Of a stretch of 64,000 bases of DNA, positions 1-12,443 are shown piece by piece (position 1 is the first letter of the stretch; each line of letters starts with the position of its first letter). The stretch comes from Biomphalaria pfeifferi (taxonomy: Eukaryota). Location: NCBI GenBank assembly GCA_030265305.1, contig JASAOG010000245.1:233822-297821 (forward strand), given 5' to 3'. The position numbers were made by a program, and so were the translations under genes. The notes under the pieces are model-generated. The model worked only from the letters and a program-made list of their open reading frames with translations. It did no database searches and was not told where the DNA came from.

Positions 1-28
1 TACAATGTCAAGCGTCTATCACCAACTG

Positions 29-2326
29 TCACTGGTGATCCATTAATGAGCGTTTCAGTGCGTTGGGGTACCGCTTGCGATTGTCAGAGACCAGCTGCAT
101 TAGGAACTGTAGTTGTTCTTCATTCTTGGTGAGGCGTCCGGAAAACTGTTCCACTAGAGCGACTCCCCTTTCAGCATGATCATTAATGACTGTAAGATGG
201 TGAACACGTTTGGCTGCAGCCTGGTAGTCTTCACTCTGAGCCCACTGTTCGGCGGGTAAATGAAGGAATCCCTGTGGAAGATCCAGCGTGATGAACAAAG
301 ATCTGGTATTTTTCGTCACAAAGTCAGCTGTTGACATACGTTCTAGGTCGGCAGAGGAAACTTGATGTAATTGTATGCGCTTAGGAGGATCAGCTGCTCC
401 ATCAACTTCATTCATTGCTTGAACCATTCTGTCTTTGATCTCGTTGCTGATTGCATTATCAAAGAATGCCAAGCCAACCAAGTTCTCTGATAGGTACCAC
501 AAGTGATCCATCATCTTGTGGGATGTTACCTTTGAAATAGCACTGTTTGTAGAACTGTACTTTAATAGGCATTTCAGAAGCTGAAGATCATTGTTTGCTG
601 CAGCACTTGCAAGAGGAGCTGTATACCAAGCCTTGACATAGACTGTCGCAAAAAATATGCTCAGTTGACGCAGACCTGTCTCCTCACGTGTGGACAGTTG
701 AAACTGTGAACGGAACAGCCACACCTTGAAGGTGTAGATAATTTTTGACATCCACCTGGCTTGATGCATAGCCCCAGGCGCTCTGAAGTGTATTCCACGT
801 TGTGGAGTTATGCCAAGATAGATCAGCGTTACTTCTGCTAACTCGCGGTAATCATCACGAGGTTGGTTTTCAGCCACAGCAGACATGAGCATCGTTCCAA
901 GAGCCTCCTTGATGCTAGCAATGACAAGGGCACTTTCCTGATCAGAAGATGAATCTTGAAATTGACTCTTATCGATGAACTGCCAGTGTGCTTTAAATCT
1001 CTTGAAGAGAAGAACTTCTGGTGCTGATGAGGAACCCATAACTTGTGTGAATGCTGCACTGGCCACAAGTTCGAGCATATGATGACGGCAAGCAAGGTAC
1101 AGAAGATCCCTACCAATCAGCTGTTGAAGCAAAACACAGGCTCCATTTTTTCGGCCAGTATTAGAGCTGGTGGTGTCAAAGCACAATCCTTGGACATTAC
1201 TGGTTATTCCCCACTCATTCAGTGCATCAAAGACTGCACGGGCTTGCGCAGACCCTGTTCCTGCAGGAATTTTTGGAACGGCCAATAACTGTACATCCCC
1301 ATCGGTAGAAGACACCAGTATAGGCAAGCGGTCCACCATTTCCTGACCACTGACATCAGGTAGAAGCTTGCCATCCCAGTGAACGACCAGTACACCACCA
1401 GGTTGAAAGCTTTGTTGAATCTTCTCTGCACATTCTGCTCGGCAGTGCTGTCTCTGGCGCTGAATACTACTCCTGTTGAGAGTCAGTGTACTAATGTCCT
1501 GCCCGAGTGATTTCGCTGTCTCACCAACAATCATTACAGCAGCCCGATCGGATACCTTGTTGCGATCTAGGAAGGCTGCCAGGTCGGGTGTCATAATAGT
1601 TTGTCGACCACGTTTTGCTGCAGGTGGTAACTCGGAACTGGTAACACCACTGGCCAAATGATATGAAACATCTTTATCAGTGTCGTCATCACTACTGCTA
1701 CTGCTGCTACAGTCAATACTAACTTGTTCCTGCAAACTGTCCTGTTCAGAAGCAGATTTATATCGACGTTCCTGCTCCTTAATTAACTTCTGATGCTGTT
1801 TTGTTTCTTTCTTCGCTAATACAGTATCCACTGATGACATGCCGCCTCTACGCCCCTTTTCTCTCTGTGCAATTAGAAATTCTTTATCCTCATCAATTTT
1901 TATCATACTCATTGCCTCACCATGGGCTATATCAAACAGATCATCAAACAATTCTGTGAATTGCTCTTCATTCCTTTGCTGTGTATCTGTTCGTCTCGAG
2001 GCATTTTTCTTGAGAGATCGCCATTGATCAAACAATACTTCAATCTTCTTGATTGAATCCTGCTTATGACGAACCGGAATTCGTGCACGGTTCCAGAATT
2101 GTTCAATTTCATCAACAGTAAGCGTTGATGATTCGCGGACAGTCTTCTTCTGTTGTAGGTGCAGAAAGAGGAAGTGTCCAAGAGCCTGCCGGTTTGAGGG
2201 CAACTTCTGACCTCTGATTTCTTCTGTAAACTTCTCCAATAAGTACACAGGTTTTCTGCTTTTGGTGGTGGTACTTACAGAAGCCATAATAACACTAAAA
2301 AGATGAGTGTTCACTGAAGTGTTCAC
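29..2326 (-). CDS. Intact intronless 765-aa transposase-like ORF, hAT superfamily related (DUF4371/ZMYM1-like RNase-H fold plus hAT-C-like tail); likely coding gene of a DNA transposon antisense in an MCM5 intron
   Basis: Single uninterrupted ORF in an otherwise intron-rich genome. Motif block VLVVHWDGK...VDRLPILV...TGSAQARAVFDALNEWGI...GLCFDTTSSNTGRKNG matches the hAT/DUF4371 catalytic core pattern. ARWMS (RW motif) and a C-terminal HAERGVALVEQFSG...LQFLMQLV tail are hAT-dimerisation-like. Subterminal palindromic repeats lie just upstream at 2455-2580. Confidence 0.55.
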   Translation of the reverse strand: MNTSVNTHLFSVIMASVSTTTKSRKPVYLLEKFTEEIRGQKLPSNRQALGHFLFLHLQQKKTVRESSTLTVDEIEQFWNRARIPVRHKQDSIKKIEVLFDQWRSLKKNASRRTDTQQRNEEQFTELFDDLFDIAHGEAMSMIKIDEDKEFLIAQREKGRRGGMSSVDTVLAKKETKQHQKLIKEQERRYKSASEQDSLQEQVSIDCSSSSSSDDDTDKDVSYHLASGVTSSELPPAAKRGRQTIMTPDLAAFLDRNKVSDRAAVMIVGETAKSLGQDISTLTLNRSSIQRQRQHCRAECAEKIQQSFQPGGVLVVHWDGKLLPDVSGQEMVDRLPILVSSTDGDVQLLAVPKIPAGTGSAQARAVFDALNEWGITSNVQGLCFDTTSSNTGRKNGACVLLQQLIGRDLLYLACRHHMLELVASAAFTQVMGSSSAPEVLLFKRFKAHWQFIDKSQFQDSSSDQESALVIASIKEALGTMLMSAVAENQPRDDYRELAEVTLIYLGITPQRGIHFRAPGAMHQARWMSKIIYTFKVWLFRSQFQLSTREETGLRQLSIFFATVYVKAWYTAPLASAAANNDLQLLKCLLKYSSTNSAISKVTSHKMMDHLWYLSENLVGLAFFDNAISNEIKDRMVQAMNEVDGAADPPKRIQLHQVSSADLERMSTADFVTKNTRSLFITLDLPQGFLHLPAEQWAQSEDYQAAAKRVHHLTVINDHAERGVALVEQFSGRLTKNEEQLQFLMQLVSDNRKRYPNALKRSLMDHQ

Positions 2327-2454
2327 TGTTCAACTAATTAAACAAAAATGCTTTACATCACTGACAGTGTGAAAGAGACCACTTAACAATGACAGTCTGT
2401 CATGTAATCGCATGCTTGCTTAGGTAATACACAACACTGCAGGCTGACGCAATA

Positions 2455-2580
2455 TTACATCAGACATATTAAATAGATGATGCAATGTTGCATCACCTAG
2501 AGTTGTTACTTAGATGATGCAATGTTGCATCACACATATTAATTACATGATGATGATGCAATATTGCTTCACATGTCATG
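2455..2580. repeat. Three copies of a perfect 18-bp palindrome tgatgcaatgttgcatca (third copy variant), spaced about 40 bp apart; candidate subterminal transposase-binding repeats of the adjacent hAT-like element
   Basis: Direct reading: gatgatgcaatgttgcatcac occurs at about 2466, about 2512 and about 2553, immediately 5' of the minus-strand ORF start. Confidence 0.5.
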
Positions 2581-3300
2581 CTGCTGAGTAATGAGTGCCT
2601 ATTGTAAACTTCAATGTTATTGAGCTACCCCTAAATGATTAAATATCTGCGTAAAATTTTGCAAACAATGTTTTCTTATCATAAGGACACTTTCTGGAGG
2701 GTCAGAGGTTAGAAAATAAAAAGTTCAAAAATAAGGGCCACCCTAATATATATAGATCACTTTTTTTGGTGTTGGTGATTCAATACTATTCATTGCTTTG
2801 GAGAAGCCAACATTTTAATTTTTCCCAGAAACAAAAAAAAATTGGGAAGTTAGGATTCCTGTAATGTACTTTTGTTAGACAAAACTTAGAACTTGAATAG
2901 GGAAATGAAAGTGACCTAGTTTAGAAAAACAAAACAATCGAGTTTGGTTATTGAACAATTGAGACAAAAAATATATATAATAAACCGAGGACAACACAAA
3001 TATAATGCAGAAGAATAAAAACACAAAAAAATTTTAAGTTATTTGGTATTTAAAATATTTCAACTTTAGTTTTTATGGTATTTGAAGCTGGTTATGTAAA
3101 TATTTTATTTAATCATTGTTGATGGTTGGTCAATGAAGCAAGTGAACTAAGCATTTTTAAGTGCATCAACAAAACTTTGCTCATACAAATAATTAAATTT
3201 GTGCACAAATCCATGTCTTTACAAAAAAATATTTTAATATCATAATTAAAAATGCTTCCGGTTGGGAAGAATTGTAGCTCTTTCTCATTATGTTTTTTAG

Positions 3301-3473
3301 TCAGATCAGATGTCACGTTTGGTGAAGATCCCTGGTATAGTTATAGCCGCATCAGGAATACGATCAAAGGCGATACGTCTGGCTATTCAGTGCCGCAGTT
3401 GCTCCAATGTGATTAACAACATCCAGGTCAAGCCAGGACTCGAAGGCTATGCTTTGCCAAGAAAATGCAACAC
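3301..3473 (+). CDS. MCM5: MCM5 exon (..[51 protein letters not shown]..)
   Basis: Acceptor ttttttag at 3293-3300, donor gtaagg at 3474. The translation aligns to the MCM5 N-terminal zinc-finger region (human ..IQCRSC...[14 protein letters not shown]). Confidence 0.8.
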
Positions 3474-3845
3474 GTAAGGACAGCAATTTTTTTTTTTACG
3501 CAGGATCATGAATCTCTTTTTAAAAAAAAATATATTATCTGGTGAGTATGGTATTGTAGACAGAGAACTCTGTAGATGTTGGACCTTACTAGTTAGTAAC
3601 TTTCTGGAGAAAACTGTATGACTAAAACTCTAAGATGTGGTTAAAAAAAGATCAATTTAGGACAGCTGTCACACTGGTCTAACTTGTTATATGTAGTAAT
3701 GTGAAAAAGAAAGATACTAATGACACTTTAGCAAACACTACTGAATAAACATTTGTCAAGCCATATATGTATGTTTCATTGAGAAACGCTGTGTGCTGTT
3801 GTAAAACATATTTTTTTTAGTTTCTTTGATTCAATATTTTATTAG

Positions 3846-4001
3846 GGAACAAGCTGGAAGACCCAAGTGTCCAGTAGATCCATTCTTTATCATCCCAGAC
3901 AAATGTAAGTGTGTAGACTTTCAGACTCTAAAACTCCAAGAAGCGCCAGAAGATGTGCCGAATGGTGAGCTGCCCAGACATTTACAGCTTTACTGTGATA
4001 G
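3846..4001 (+). CDS. MCM5: MCM5 exon ([51 protein letters not shown])
   Basis: ag acceptor at 3844-3845 and gtgagt donor at 4002. The translation is near-identical to human MCM5 [32 protein letters not shown]...PRHMQLYCDR. Confidence 0.88.
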
Positions 4002-4164
4002 GTGAGTCAGTCGACACATTCATCTGCATCCTCCAATATTGTATAGTCAAATAAGATATTTCTTTTTTTTATATTTTCATATTGTTGAGAGATGATTGTG
4101 GAATTTAAAACTTTTGAATCCGTGAAACTAAAGGAGTCATCTTTGTTTCTTTTAAAATCTTTAG

Positions 4165-4249
4165 ATACTTGTGTGATCGGATAGTTCCTGGTAACAGAGT
4201 CACTGTCATGGGCATTTATTCCATCAAGAAAACCAGCAAGCCCACAAAA
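4165..4249 (+). CDS. MCM5: MCM5 exon ([29 protein letters not shown])
   Basis: Acceptor tttag, donor gtaagt. Matches human [22 protein letters not shown]. Confidence 0.85.
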
Positions 4250-5102
4250 GTAAGTAGTTGAAGTGAAAGTCTCTGGCATGAGATTTGATCTCGGTTTCGG
4301 GCTAGATTGGGCTGTGGTGGATTGAAAGGGTGTCAAACAATTTTTTGAAATTATCATTATAACCTTTGTCTAGTGCATCAGTCATGCTCCTATAACATTC
4401 TCAGTGCACTGTTGACCGGTTCTAGGACAAATCATTCACCCAACATATTGCTCACCAGCAACTTGCTTACAGGCTTGTTACTATCCTGTAAATGATTTGT
4501 CGTGACCCAACTCAAAGAGTGCAATATGTCGGGTGAACAAATTGTTGTGTTCCCCTCTTTGCCAATCTTTTCAGCTGGTGTGTTGCGATGAAATATCTGA
4601 GAGAATATTTGTGTTGCCTTTAGGGAATCATTGAAAGTATTGACATAAGAAATCAAAGCTGCAACAAACTTATTTGGCCTAGGAAAAAAAAATTCCATGC
4701 CTTCCTCTACATTAGATGATGATGTCAAGGGTTACATTTACCTCCAGGCTACTTTTTATTTTTAATGGCCAACACTTGGCAATTCATTGGGTTGTTCTTT
4801 GTATTGATGACTTTTGTTATTCCAGATTTTTTTGGTTAATACCCTGTGGTATTGGCTATTCCAGTATTAGTTCATGATTTTATATGTCAACTGAAACTAG
4901 CTTATGGGTGTTTGAAAATGTAGACATTTAATATTGTTTATCTTTCCTTTGCTTGTGTTAAACACAATTTCTTGACATTTAAATTGCTTATCTTGTAGTG
5001 TTGAAATCTTGTATCTATGAGTATGTTAAAAGGTCTGTTCACTTTTCTTTAGTGTAAGAAGGTTTACTATCAAAATGGCAATTTTTTTTTATTTACTTTT
5101 AG

Positions 5103-5359
5103 CGGAATAACAGAGACAAAGTGAATGTGGGTATAAGGCTTCCTTATTTTCGTATAGTGGGTGTTAAGATTGACACAGACGGCACTGGCCGGACTTCTGG
5201 CAGCTCTGTGACACCGTCAGAAGAGGATGAATTGAGACGACTGGCTGCCACTCCTACTATTTATGAAACTATAGCTAAAAGCATTGCACCATCCATTTAT
5301 GGAAGCTTAGATATGAAGAAAGCCATTGCGTGTTTACTGTTTGGTGGCTCAAGAAAAAG
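5103..5359 (+). CDS. MCM5: MCM5 exon (..[25 protein letters not shown]...[25 protein letters not shown])
   Basis: Matches the MCM5 region [21 protein letters not shown]...[27 protein letters not shown]. Acceptor ttttag, donor gtaacc; the reading phase is continuous with neighbouring exons. Confidence 0.88.
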
Positions 5360-5446
5360 GTAACCGCTCTTACACTTCACTATCTACAAGTGCATCAAGC
5401 CTATTTTTTTGTGTAATCAATTTTGATATTTTTTTTTCAATGATGA

Positions 5447-5635
<189 letters not shown>

Positions 5636-5934
5636 TAGTGTAATAGCTATGTAAGATTTTTTTTTTTAAATTAGCATACACAGAAGTGAGATATCTTCCT
5701 TAACCCTTATAGTGCCAAGCTTTTTTACAAGAGCGCATACAAAATGGAATAACAATTCTAGTGGTTAGAGGCTAAACTACCACACGCGTCTAAAGAGTTT
5801 AATGATTTAAAATAATATACAATATTTTTATGGTGAAATCAAGGAAATGTTTAAAAAGATAGATAATCTTAATGTTTGACTAAAGTTTAGCATGTTAAAT
5901 GAACAAATCTTTCCTTGCGTCTTGTTAAATCTAG

Positions 5935-6036
<102 letters not shown>

Positions 6037-6234
6037 TAGGACACATTTCAGTTCCAATTTTAATATAGCATTGTCTTGCAATTGTGTTGCTTAATTTTTA
6101 TTTTTTTTTAGCCTTTTTTCTTTTACCAGTTAGCTTAATTTTATTGTGTATAATAAACACTGTCTAGCACTTAATTTACTTAGTTAGTACACGAACAGAG
6201 AGAACTAATTAAAAATGATGCTTTGAAATTATGA

Positions 6235-6447
<213 letters not shown>

Positions 6448-6848
6448 TGACGGTTAAACTTAATTTCATTAGATCTACTTCTGTTGCATTCTTTTGTATT
6501 TTCTTATTTACACCTCTCCAACGTATGTTTGTACACAGTTCTGCTTTCTCACTTATAAATGAATGAAACAAGTTCTATACCGTTTCTGTATTAGTCCTGC
6601 ACTTTATTTTACATTCAATAATAAGTCATATAAAATCTTTTGATAGTTATCGAATGTATTCACACAATAACACACAATATATTTCACTTTATAATTATTT
6701 TAAAAAGATGACACTATACTTTCATAATAACTTTTTCTATGATTTATGTTCTACTAATTCATCAGATCAGTACTAACAATACCTGTGTTAAACTCATACT
6801 AGAAAGTTCAATCTCAAAATGTAAGATCTAATTGCTTGTATCTTGTAG

Positions 6849-7025
6849 GCTGGGATCACAACTACTTTAAACTCAAGGTGCTCAGTTCTAGCTGCTGCTA
6901 ACTCAGTGTTTGGACGTTGGGATGATACAAAAGGAGGCGAGAACATTGACTTCATGCCCACCATTTTGTCCAGATTTGATATGATATTCATTGTCAAGGA
7001 TGAACATGATGAAAACAGAGACATG
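6849..7025 (+). CDS. MCM5: MCM5 exon with arginine finger ([59 protein letters not shown])
   Basis: SRFD arginine-finger motif, near-identical to human MCM5. Acceptor tcttgtag, donor gtcagt. Confidence 0.9.
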
Positions 7026-9048
7026 GTCAGTTTTTTTTAACAAAGCTTATATCAACTCTCTCTATGTATGTATAGTTAAAAAATGTGTACACTTCTTTCT
7101 CCCACGCCAAATCTCAGATTAAGCTAAACTTTTGCACAATTACTTCTTTTGCCCGACAACACTAGAAGCTATAAAAAGAAGAAAAAACAAAAATTAGTTA
7201 ATTAACTATTGTAATTCATTTTTTTAAATTATTAATTTTTTTTTGGCATCTTGAACATGGGAAAGAAATTGTATATGATATGATGGTACAAGTTGAATTA
7301 GTTCCCTTCTGGAATCTTGAGCCCTGAGTTGTTTTTTTTTATGCATTTGAAAAACGATCATGTAATCATTTACAAAGATATCCCTTACCACCTATGATAG
7401 GATCATAATGCTTTGATAATTGGTAAAAATATTTCTATCACAGATTCATGTCTAGGTCAATCATTCACACATACATGACTGATCCTAACTAATCGATACA
7501 ATTACACTTAATATAAGTTGTTTTTTTTCTCTTTACATTACCGGTACTTTAAATAATTTTTTTTATAAAGATAGAGACGAAAGAGCAGAACAAAATTTTA
7601 ACCTATGACTCTGGGGTTATAAATTATGTTAAAACTTTATACCCATCTAGGAATTTAATGCTTAATTGCCAAACTAGAAGCTTGATTTGCTGCTTTAAAA
7701 ACTGATTTTTCCAATACAGTCTATAGGTCCAGATATTTCCGCATGTATTCAAAAGTTTAATCAATTAATATTCAGGAAAATTTTGCTTATCATTTTCTAA
7801 ATGTAGATCCAAACACCCAACATTGGAAGATCTATACATTTGCTTAACAAAGAATTTTTTATTGTGGAATGTTACACATTCATTAGTTATTAAAAGAAAA
7901 ACAATCACTCTCTAAATTGTGTAAAGGAGATATTGTCTTTTTTTTTTAGTAGCCCCTGAAAGGGGAAAAGACGCTATTTGTTTTGTGTGGCCTGTCTTTC
8001 TGTCTGTCCCGTTTGGATCTCAGAAACAATAAGAGAAAATGAAAATCGGACATTATGATATTTTAGATCATTCAAAGTTCTGATGCAACTTTCTTTTCTG
8101 AAAGCGAAAAATCTAATTTTTAAATCAATTATGCAAGCAGTTTTTTTTTTTAATTCACTTTTACAACTATTCACTATTTATAGTAACAAACACTGGAGGC
8201 TTTTAAGTAAGGGAGATGACAATTTACCATTTTTTAACACATTTATGCAAACGGTTTTAGATTTTTGGTTTAAAAAAAATTAGTTTTTTTTACAATTATA
8301 TTGCTAAGATATATAAGTTCTGTCATACTAAATACATTTATAAAAAAAAAAATAACTTTTTTTTTTTTTAAAGAGAAAAAATCTATTTACTATGCAAAAT
8401 TAGTTGAGCATAATTTAAAACAACAATTAATAAGTAGTTATTCATATTATTGCGTGAACTGGAAAGTGTCCACCTCTGTAGACAACATAACTAAAGGAAT
8501 TTTTTTTATTAACGGAAATTTTTTTTATTGAGGCTTTGAATAAGAGATTGACTCTTTACAAAACAATTAGATCAATTAGATACTCATTATAAGACATCAG
8601 TTAGGCCAGGTGCACATCTAACTTCACATTCACTTTCACCTATCCCTTGGTCTACTGGACCTTTGGGGCACCACACAGGATCTGTCAACCTTCTTTCTCC
8701 ATTCTTCTGTCATTTGCCTTTGATAGAATTTCGTTATGATATTCTTTCTGAAAATATAAAAACTTGCCCTTTTACCTGCCTAGGTGGACCACTTCTGATT
8801 GAATTTAATACCAATATTCTTCTGAAAATATTGGCCTCCTTTTTTCCTGCCTGGGTCGACCACTTCGGGGCCAATTTTGAGTTTGTTTCCACACAAACTG
8901 TCTTTGTAATCTTGTATTTTAGTTTTTTTCTAATTCATCTCTAAATTTGAAACATTTCATTTTACTTGTTTTGCTTTCTCTAAGATAGAAATGTCATAGG
9001 GAAGAGTTTATCTTGACCTAACACAATGATGTCTGCTTCTGTTCTAAG

Positions 9049-9164
9049 ACTTTAGCCAAGCATGTGATGAATGTCCACCTCAATGCTCTACAAAGTACAG
9101 ACGAAGGGAAAGATGGGGAAATCCCGTTGAATACTTTAAAAAAATATATTGCTTTTTGTAGAAA
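9049..9164 (+). CDS. MCM5: MCM5 exon (TLAKHVMNVHLNALQSTDEGKDGEIPLNTLKKYIAFCR)
   Basis: Matches human MLAKHVITLHVSAL...LAKLKKFIAYCR. Acceptor ttctaag, donor gtaagt. The exact acceptor is slightly uncertain. Confidence 0.75.
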
Positions 9165-9195
9165 GTAAGTACTTCAGATTTTATAACCAAAAACT

Positions 9196-10567
9196 TTTCC
9201 CTTATTGTGTGAGCACCACCCAGACATGCCCACAGTCCCGCATTATGCGGAACGTCCCGCAAAAGCATCAAAAAGCTCACATGTTCCGCATTCACGATTT
9301 TTTGTTCCGCCAAGTCTGAATTCCGACAAAAAAAAATCGCCGATTTTTCATTATTTATTAATAATGCGAAATGAAACTACTGAATGCAAAATCTAATATA
9401 TATATATAGGTCTGTGTTTATTGTTTACATTTCATCTCCTCCCGGACCCGGTGTGTCCTGAATTTACGAAGATACGGTTGAGCTAGATCTAGAAATAGAT
9501 CTAGTACTCTAGATCTAAATACTAGATCTATTCTTAGAATTTAGAATCTAGTAAGTGCTAATAAGCCAAATGTTCCATTCAAATCCCTTTCTTTTCCCGA
9601 CAATGGCTCTACTAGTCAAGACTAGATCTAGACTATCCCGTTGCCTGTTTTATATTGTCACTATTGTGACTATTCTAACACTAACTCAACTGGTTTCTTA
9701 GGTTTCTAAGTAATCTAAGAAAAGGATTTTTTTTTAAATACGTTATTAAAGACCTAGATCTAGACCTAAATGTAATTAATTAACCAAGACACAGTAAGGC
9801 TAAGGCCTAAATAAGGCTATAGATGTACTTATTATAGTATTAATTATTATAATATTATTATTATTAAGTAGGCGGGCCTATTATTACAGTCTAAATTAAT
9901 TATTAGTTTCTAGATCTATCTAGAAATCGACTTAGAAGGTGATGATAGATTAGATTCTAGATTTCTATGTATCATTATGTAATAAATTTAGTTCTCAATA
10001 AGTCTATTGATCTAGACATTAATATTTAGATCTATAATGTTATTATTATAATCTGTGTTCTTAGGGTTAGAGGACTTATTAGATGTAGGTCTAGACTATT
10101 AGACTCTTAAATTATTTAGATCTAGAACTAGAGACAACATCTAGGCTATTAGAGTAGAGCCCTAGAAAAGGATAGATAATGAAGTAGATCTAGAATGATC
10201 TAGTCAGTAGATTTAGATCTAGTAGTAACAAATAAAAATAGATATAGTAACATTTAAGTCTAGGTCATTAGAATACATTTTGGTTAGAATTCATCATATA
10301 GGAGTTAGAACTATTGATTTCAAACAAAGGACATAATTATGAATTAAAGGTTTTCTTACTTTTAATTATACTATTTACATCTAATTTATAAGAAGCAAAC
10401 TAGTATTGTTATTAAAGTAATATAATTGAAGTTTTATTTATATTACTTACAGTATGGCTAACAAACATAAACACGTTTGTTCCACATTGGGGCCCAAAAT
10501 TCCACATTTTCGACCTGAGTGTTCCACATTCTGGGTCTTGGGGGTAGGCATGTCTGACCACCTACTG
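9196..10567. mobile_element. Candidate non-autonomous TIR element (about 1.37 kb): termini cttattgtgtgagcaccacccagacatgcc ... ggcatgtctgaccacc, with gttccgc/gttccac subterminal repeats and an internal CTAG/TAGATCTAG-rich core. A related terminus is duplicated at 10690 with a nested insertion.
   Basis: Read directly. The inverted termini and subterminal repeats are visible. Similar CTAG-rich cores lie at 37200-38000 and 41560-42130. Confidence 0.4.
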
Positions 10568-11370
10568 ATTGTCTTGTATTATGCTAATTAACTGTTGTAG
10601 CACCACTAATGTAACACCTACACATCTACTAGACTGCGCTCTATGGGGGCAGATGATGTAATCTGTTTCTATGGCCAACAATTAAAAATCTTTTCTCTTA
10701 TTGTGTAAGCACCACCTACTGATTGTCTTTTTATCATCATCTCTCCTTTGAGTTCCTCATGGAACATAGGGCCTCGACAAAAACACGCCACTCTCCACGG
10801 TCTCTTGCTAGTTTTTTGATGGTTTCCCAGCTCTTCCCGGTCTTCTCTGCTTCTTCAAGTACACTGCGTCGCTATGTTCTTTTTGGTCTTCCTCTGCATT
10901 TTGTACCCTGGGGGTTCCACTCTAAGGCCTGCCTAGTTCTGTTGCTGGTATCTTTCCTAAGGGTGTGACCAATCCATCTCCACTTCCTCTCTAAGATCTG
11001 CACTTCTATATTTTTCTGTCCACTCATCTCCACTGATTGTCATTTACTTCTTTATATTCATGCTAATTAACTGTTGTAGCACAACTAATGTAACACCTAC
11101 ACCTCTACTAGAGTGCGCTCTATGGGGCAGATGATGTATTCTGTTTCTATGGCCAACGGTTAACTAGTGTGTCATGTGGCCAGCACAACCACCAACTGCA
11201 TTTACAAATCTTTCACCATTTATCTGGTGATTTGTCACCTTAACAGCTTTTATGCACAATTTCTGAACCACTTTTATCAAAATCTTAATCAAAATTTATA
11301 AACAAGATAATAAAGGAAATTTATGGCTCCTAAGTCATAATACTCATGCTCAAAAAAAAAAAGTATTGTT

Positions 11371-11590
11371 GCTCTTTCAGACCTTGCGATCTTTGGGGCA
11401 TATGATGTTAAGGTAATTTGTTTCTATGTCCAACGGTTAAGTAGTGTGTCACCTGGCCCTCAGGTACCCATTAGAGTTTGGTGGGGATCCCAAAATTTAA
11501 AATTCCAGCCTTCACCAAGAAACAGAGAATTATACCCAGGACCTCTCTGTTTGGAAGCCAAGGGCTTACCATTCAGCCACCGTTCTCTCA
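11371..11590 (-). mobile_element. SINE family 1 copy (reverse) in an MCM5 intron; shorter fragments at 10612-10682 and 11092-11165
   Basis: ..cagaccttgcgatctttggggcatatgatg..gtttctatgtccaacggttaagtagtgtgtcacctggcc..ggtacccattagag...ggaagccaagggcttaccattcagccaccg.. Confidence 0.7.
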
Positions 11591-12098
11591 TTGTGCTTAA
11601 GCCGTTATCTAAATAGCATCTCGATAAATTACAGACTATCTAGAACCCATTCAGCTAATAAGTAACACAAACTAACTTTTAAATGTTTTCAAACTTGTTG
11701 AGATGTGCAATGTCCATTCCTATTTGTACAAATGAAAGGGATGGTCTTTGGAAGAAAATAAGTGGTTGTTGATCTTATCAACATTTTGAACAGGATGAAG
11801 ACTATAAATTGTGAAATCAACTTACTGCTTTACAGTATGTTACATATGTATATGTATTTACAGGTGATGGACGCAAAATTAATAGCATCTTTTCAAATTG
11901 AACGACTTAAAATCAATTTTTAAAAAATAATTCTCTACATAGCTAATCTTGAAAATAGCGTATAGCTTTGTTAGAGATTTAAAAACATTATTTATGTGAA
12001 CTGGTATTAGCTGTTAGATGACTTGCAGTCATATTTCATGAATATATACTCTTTCTTTAATTTGGAGAGAGCTGATGTGATGTTGTTTGTTTCACCAG

Positions 12099-12227
12099 CA
12101 AATGTGGGCCGCGTCTGTCTGAAGAGGCTGCTGAGAAATTAAAGAATCGCTATGTGCTGATGAGAAATAAAGCTGGTGAATATGAGAGAGAAACTGGGAA
12201 AAAGATAAGCATCCCCATCACTGTCAG
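12099..12227 (+). CDS. MCM5: MCM5 exon ([43 protein letters not shown])
   Basis: Matches human [27 protein letters not shown]...SSIPITVR. Acceptor caccag, donor gtgtgt. Confidence 0.88.
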
Positions 12228-12362
12228 GTGTGTGTTTGAATTTTTCCTTGTAACTAATAGACATTTCAAATAAATCTATGTGGTTTATATTTGCTCTGGA
12301 TCCGGCAAAATATGTAGATCACAGCTGGGGCTGCATAGCCACATAAAATACTGCACTCCTCA

Positions 12363-12443
12363 TTAACTCTTTCTCTCCGTAATTATTTACCATATTCTGT
12401 TGGAATCAACGTTGGTATCGTCAGTTAGGAGAGAAAGAGTTAA
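12363..12443. mobile_element. 81-bp foldback (hairpin) element with 14-bp terminal inverted repeats ttaactctttctct / agagaaagagttaa; copy 1 of 3, in an MCM5 intron
   Basis: Read directly. Reverse-complement matches the copies at 53200-53280 and 54137-54227. Confidence 0.7.

Noticed and set aside
838-2181. Several 60-90 aa ORFs on both strands overlapping the 765-aa transposase ORF
   Set aside because: They are nested in, or antisense to, a much longer and better supported ORF, and have no independent signal.
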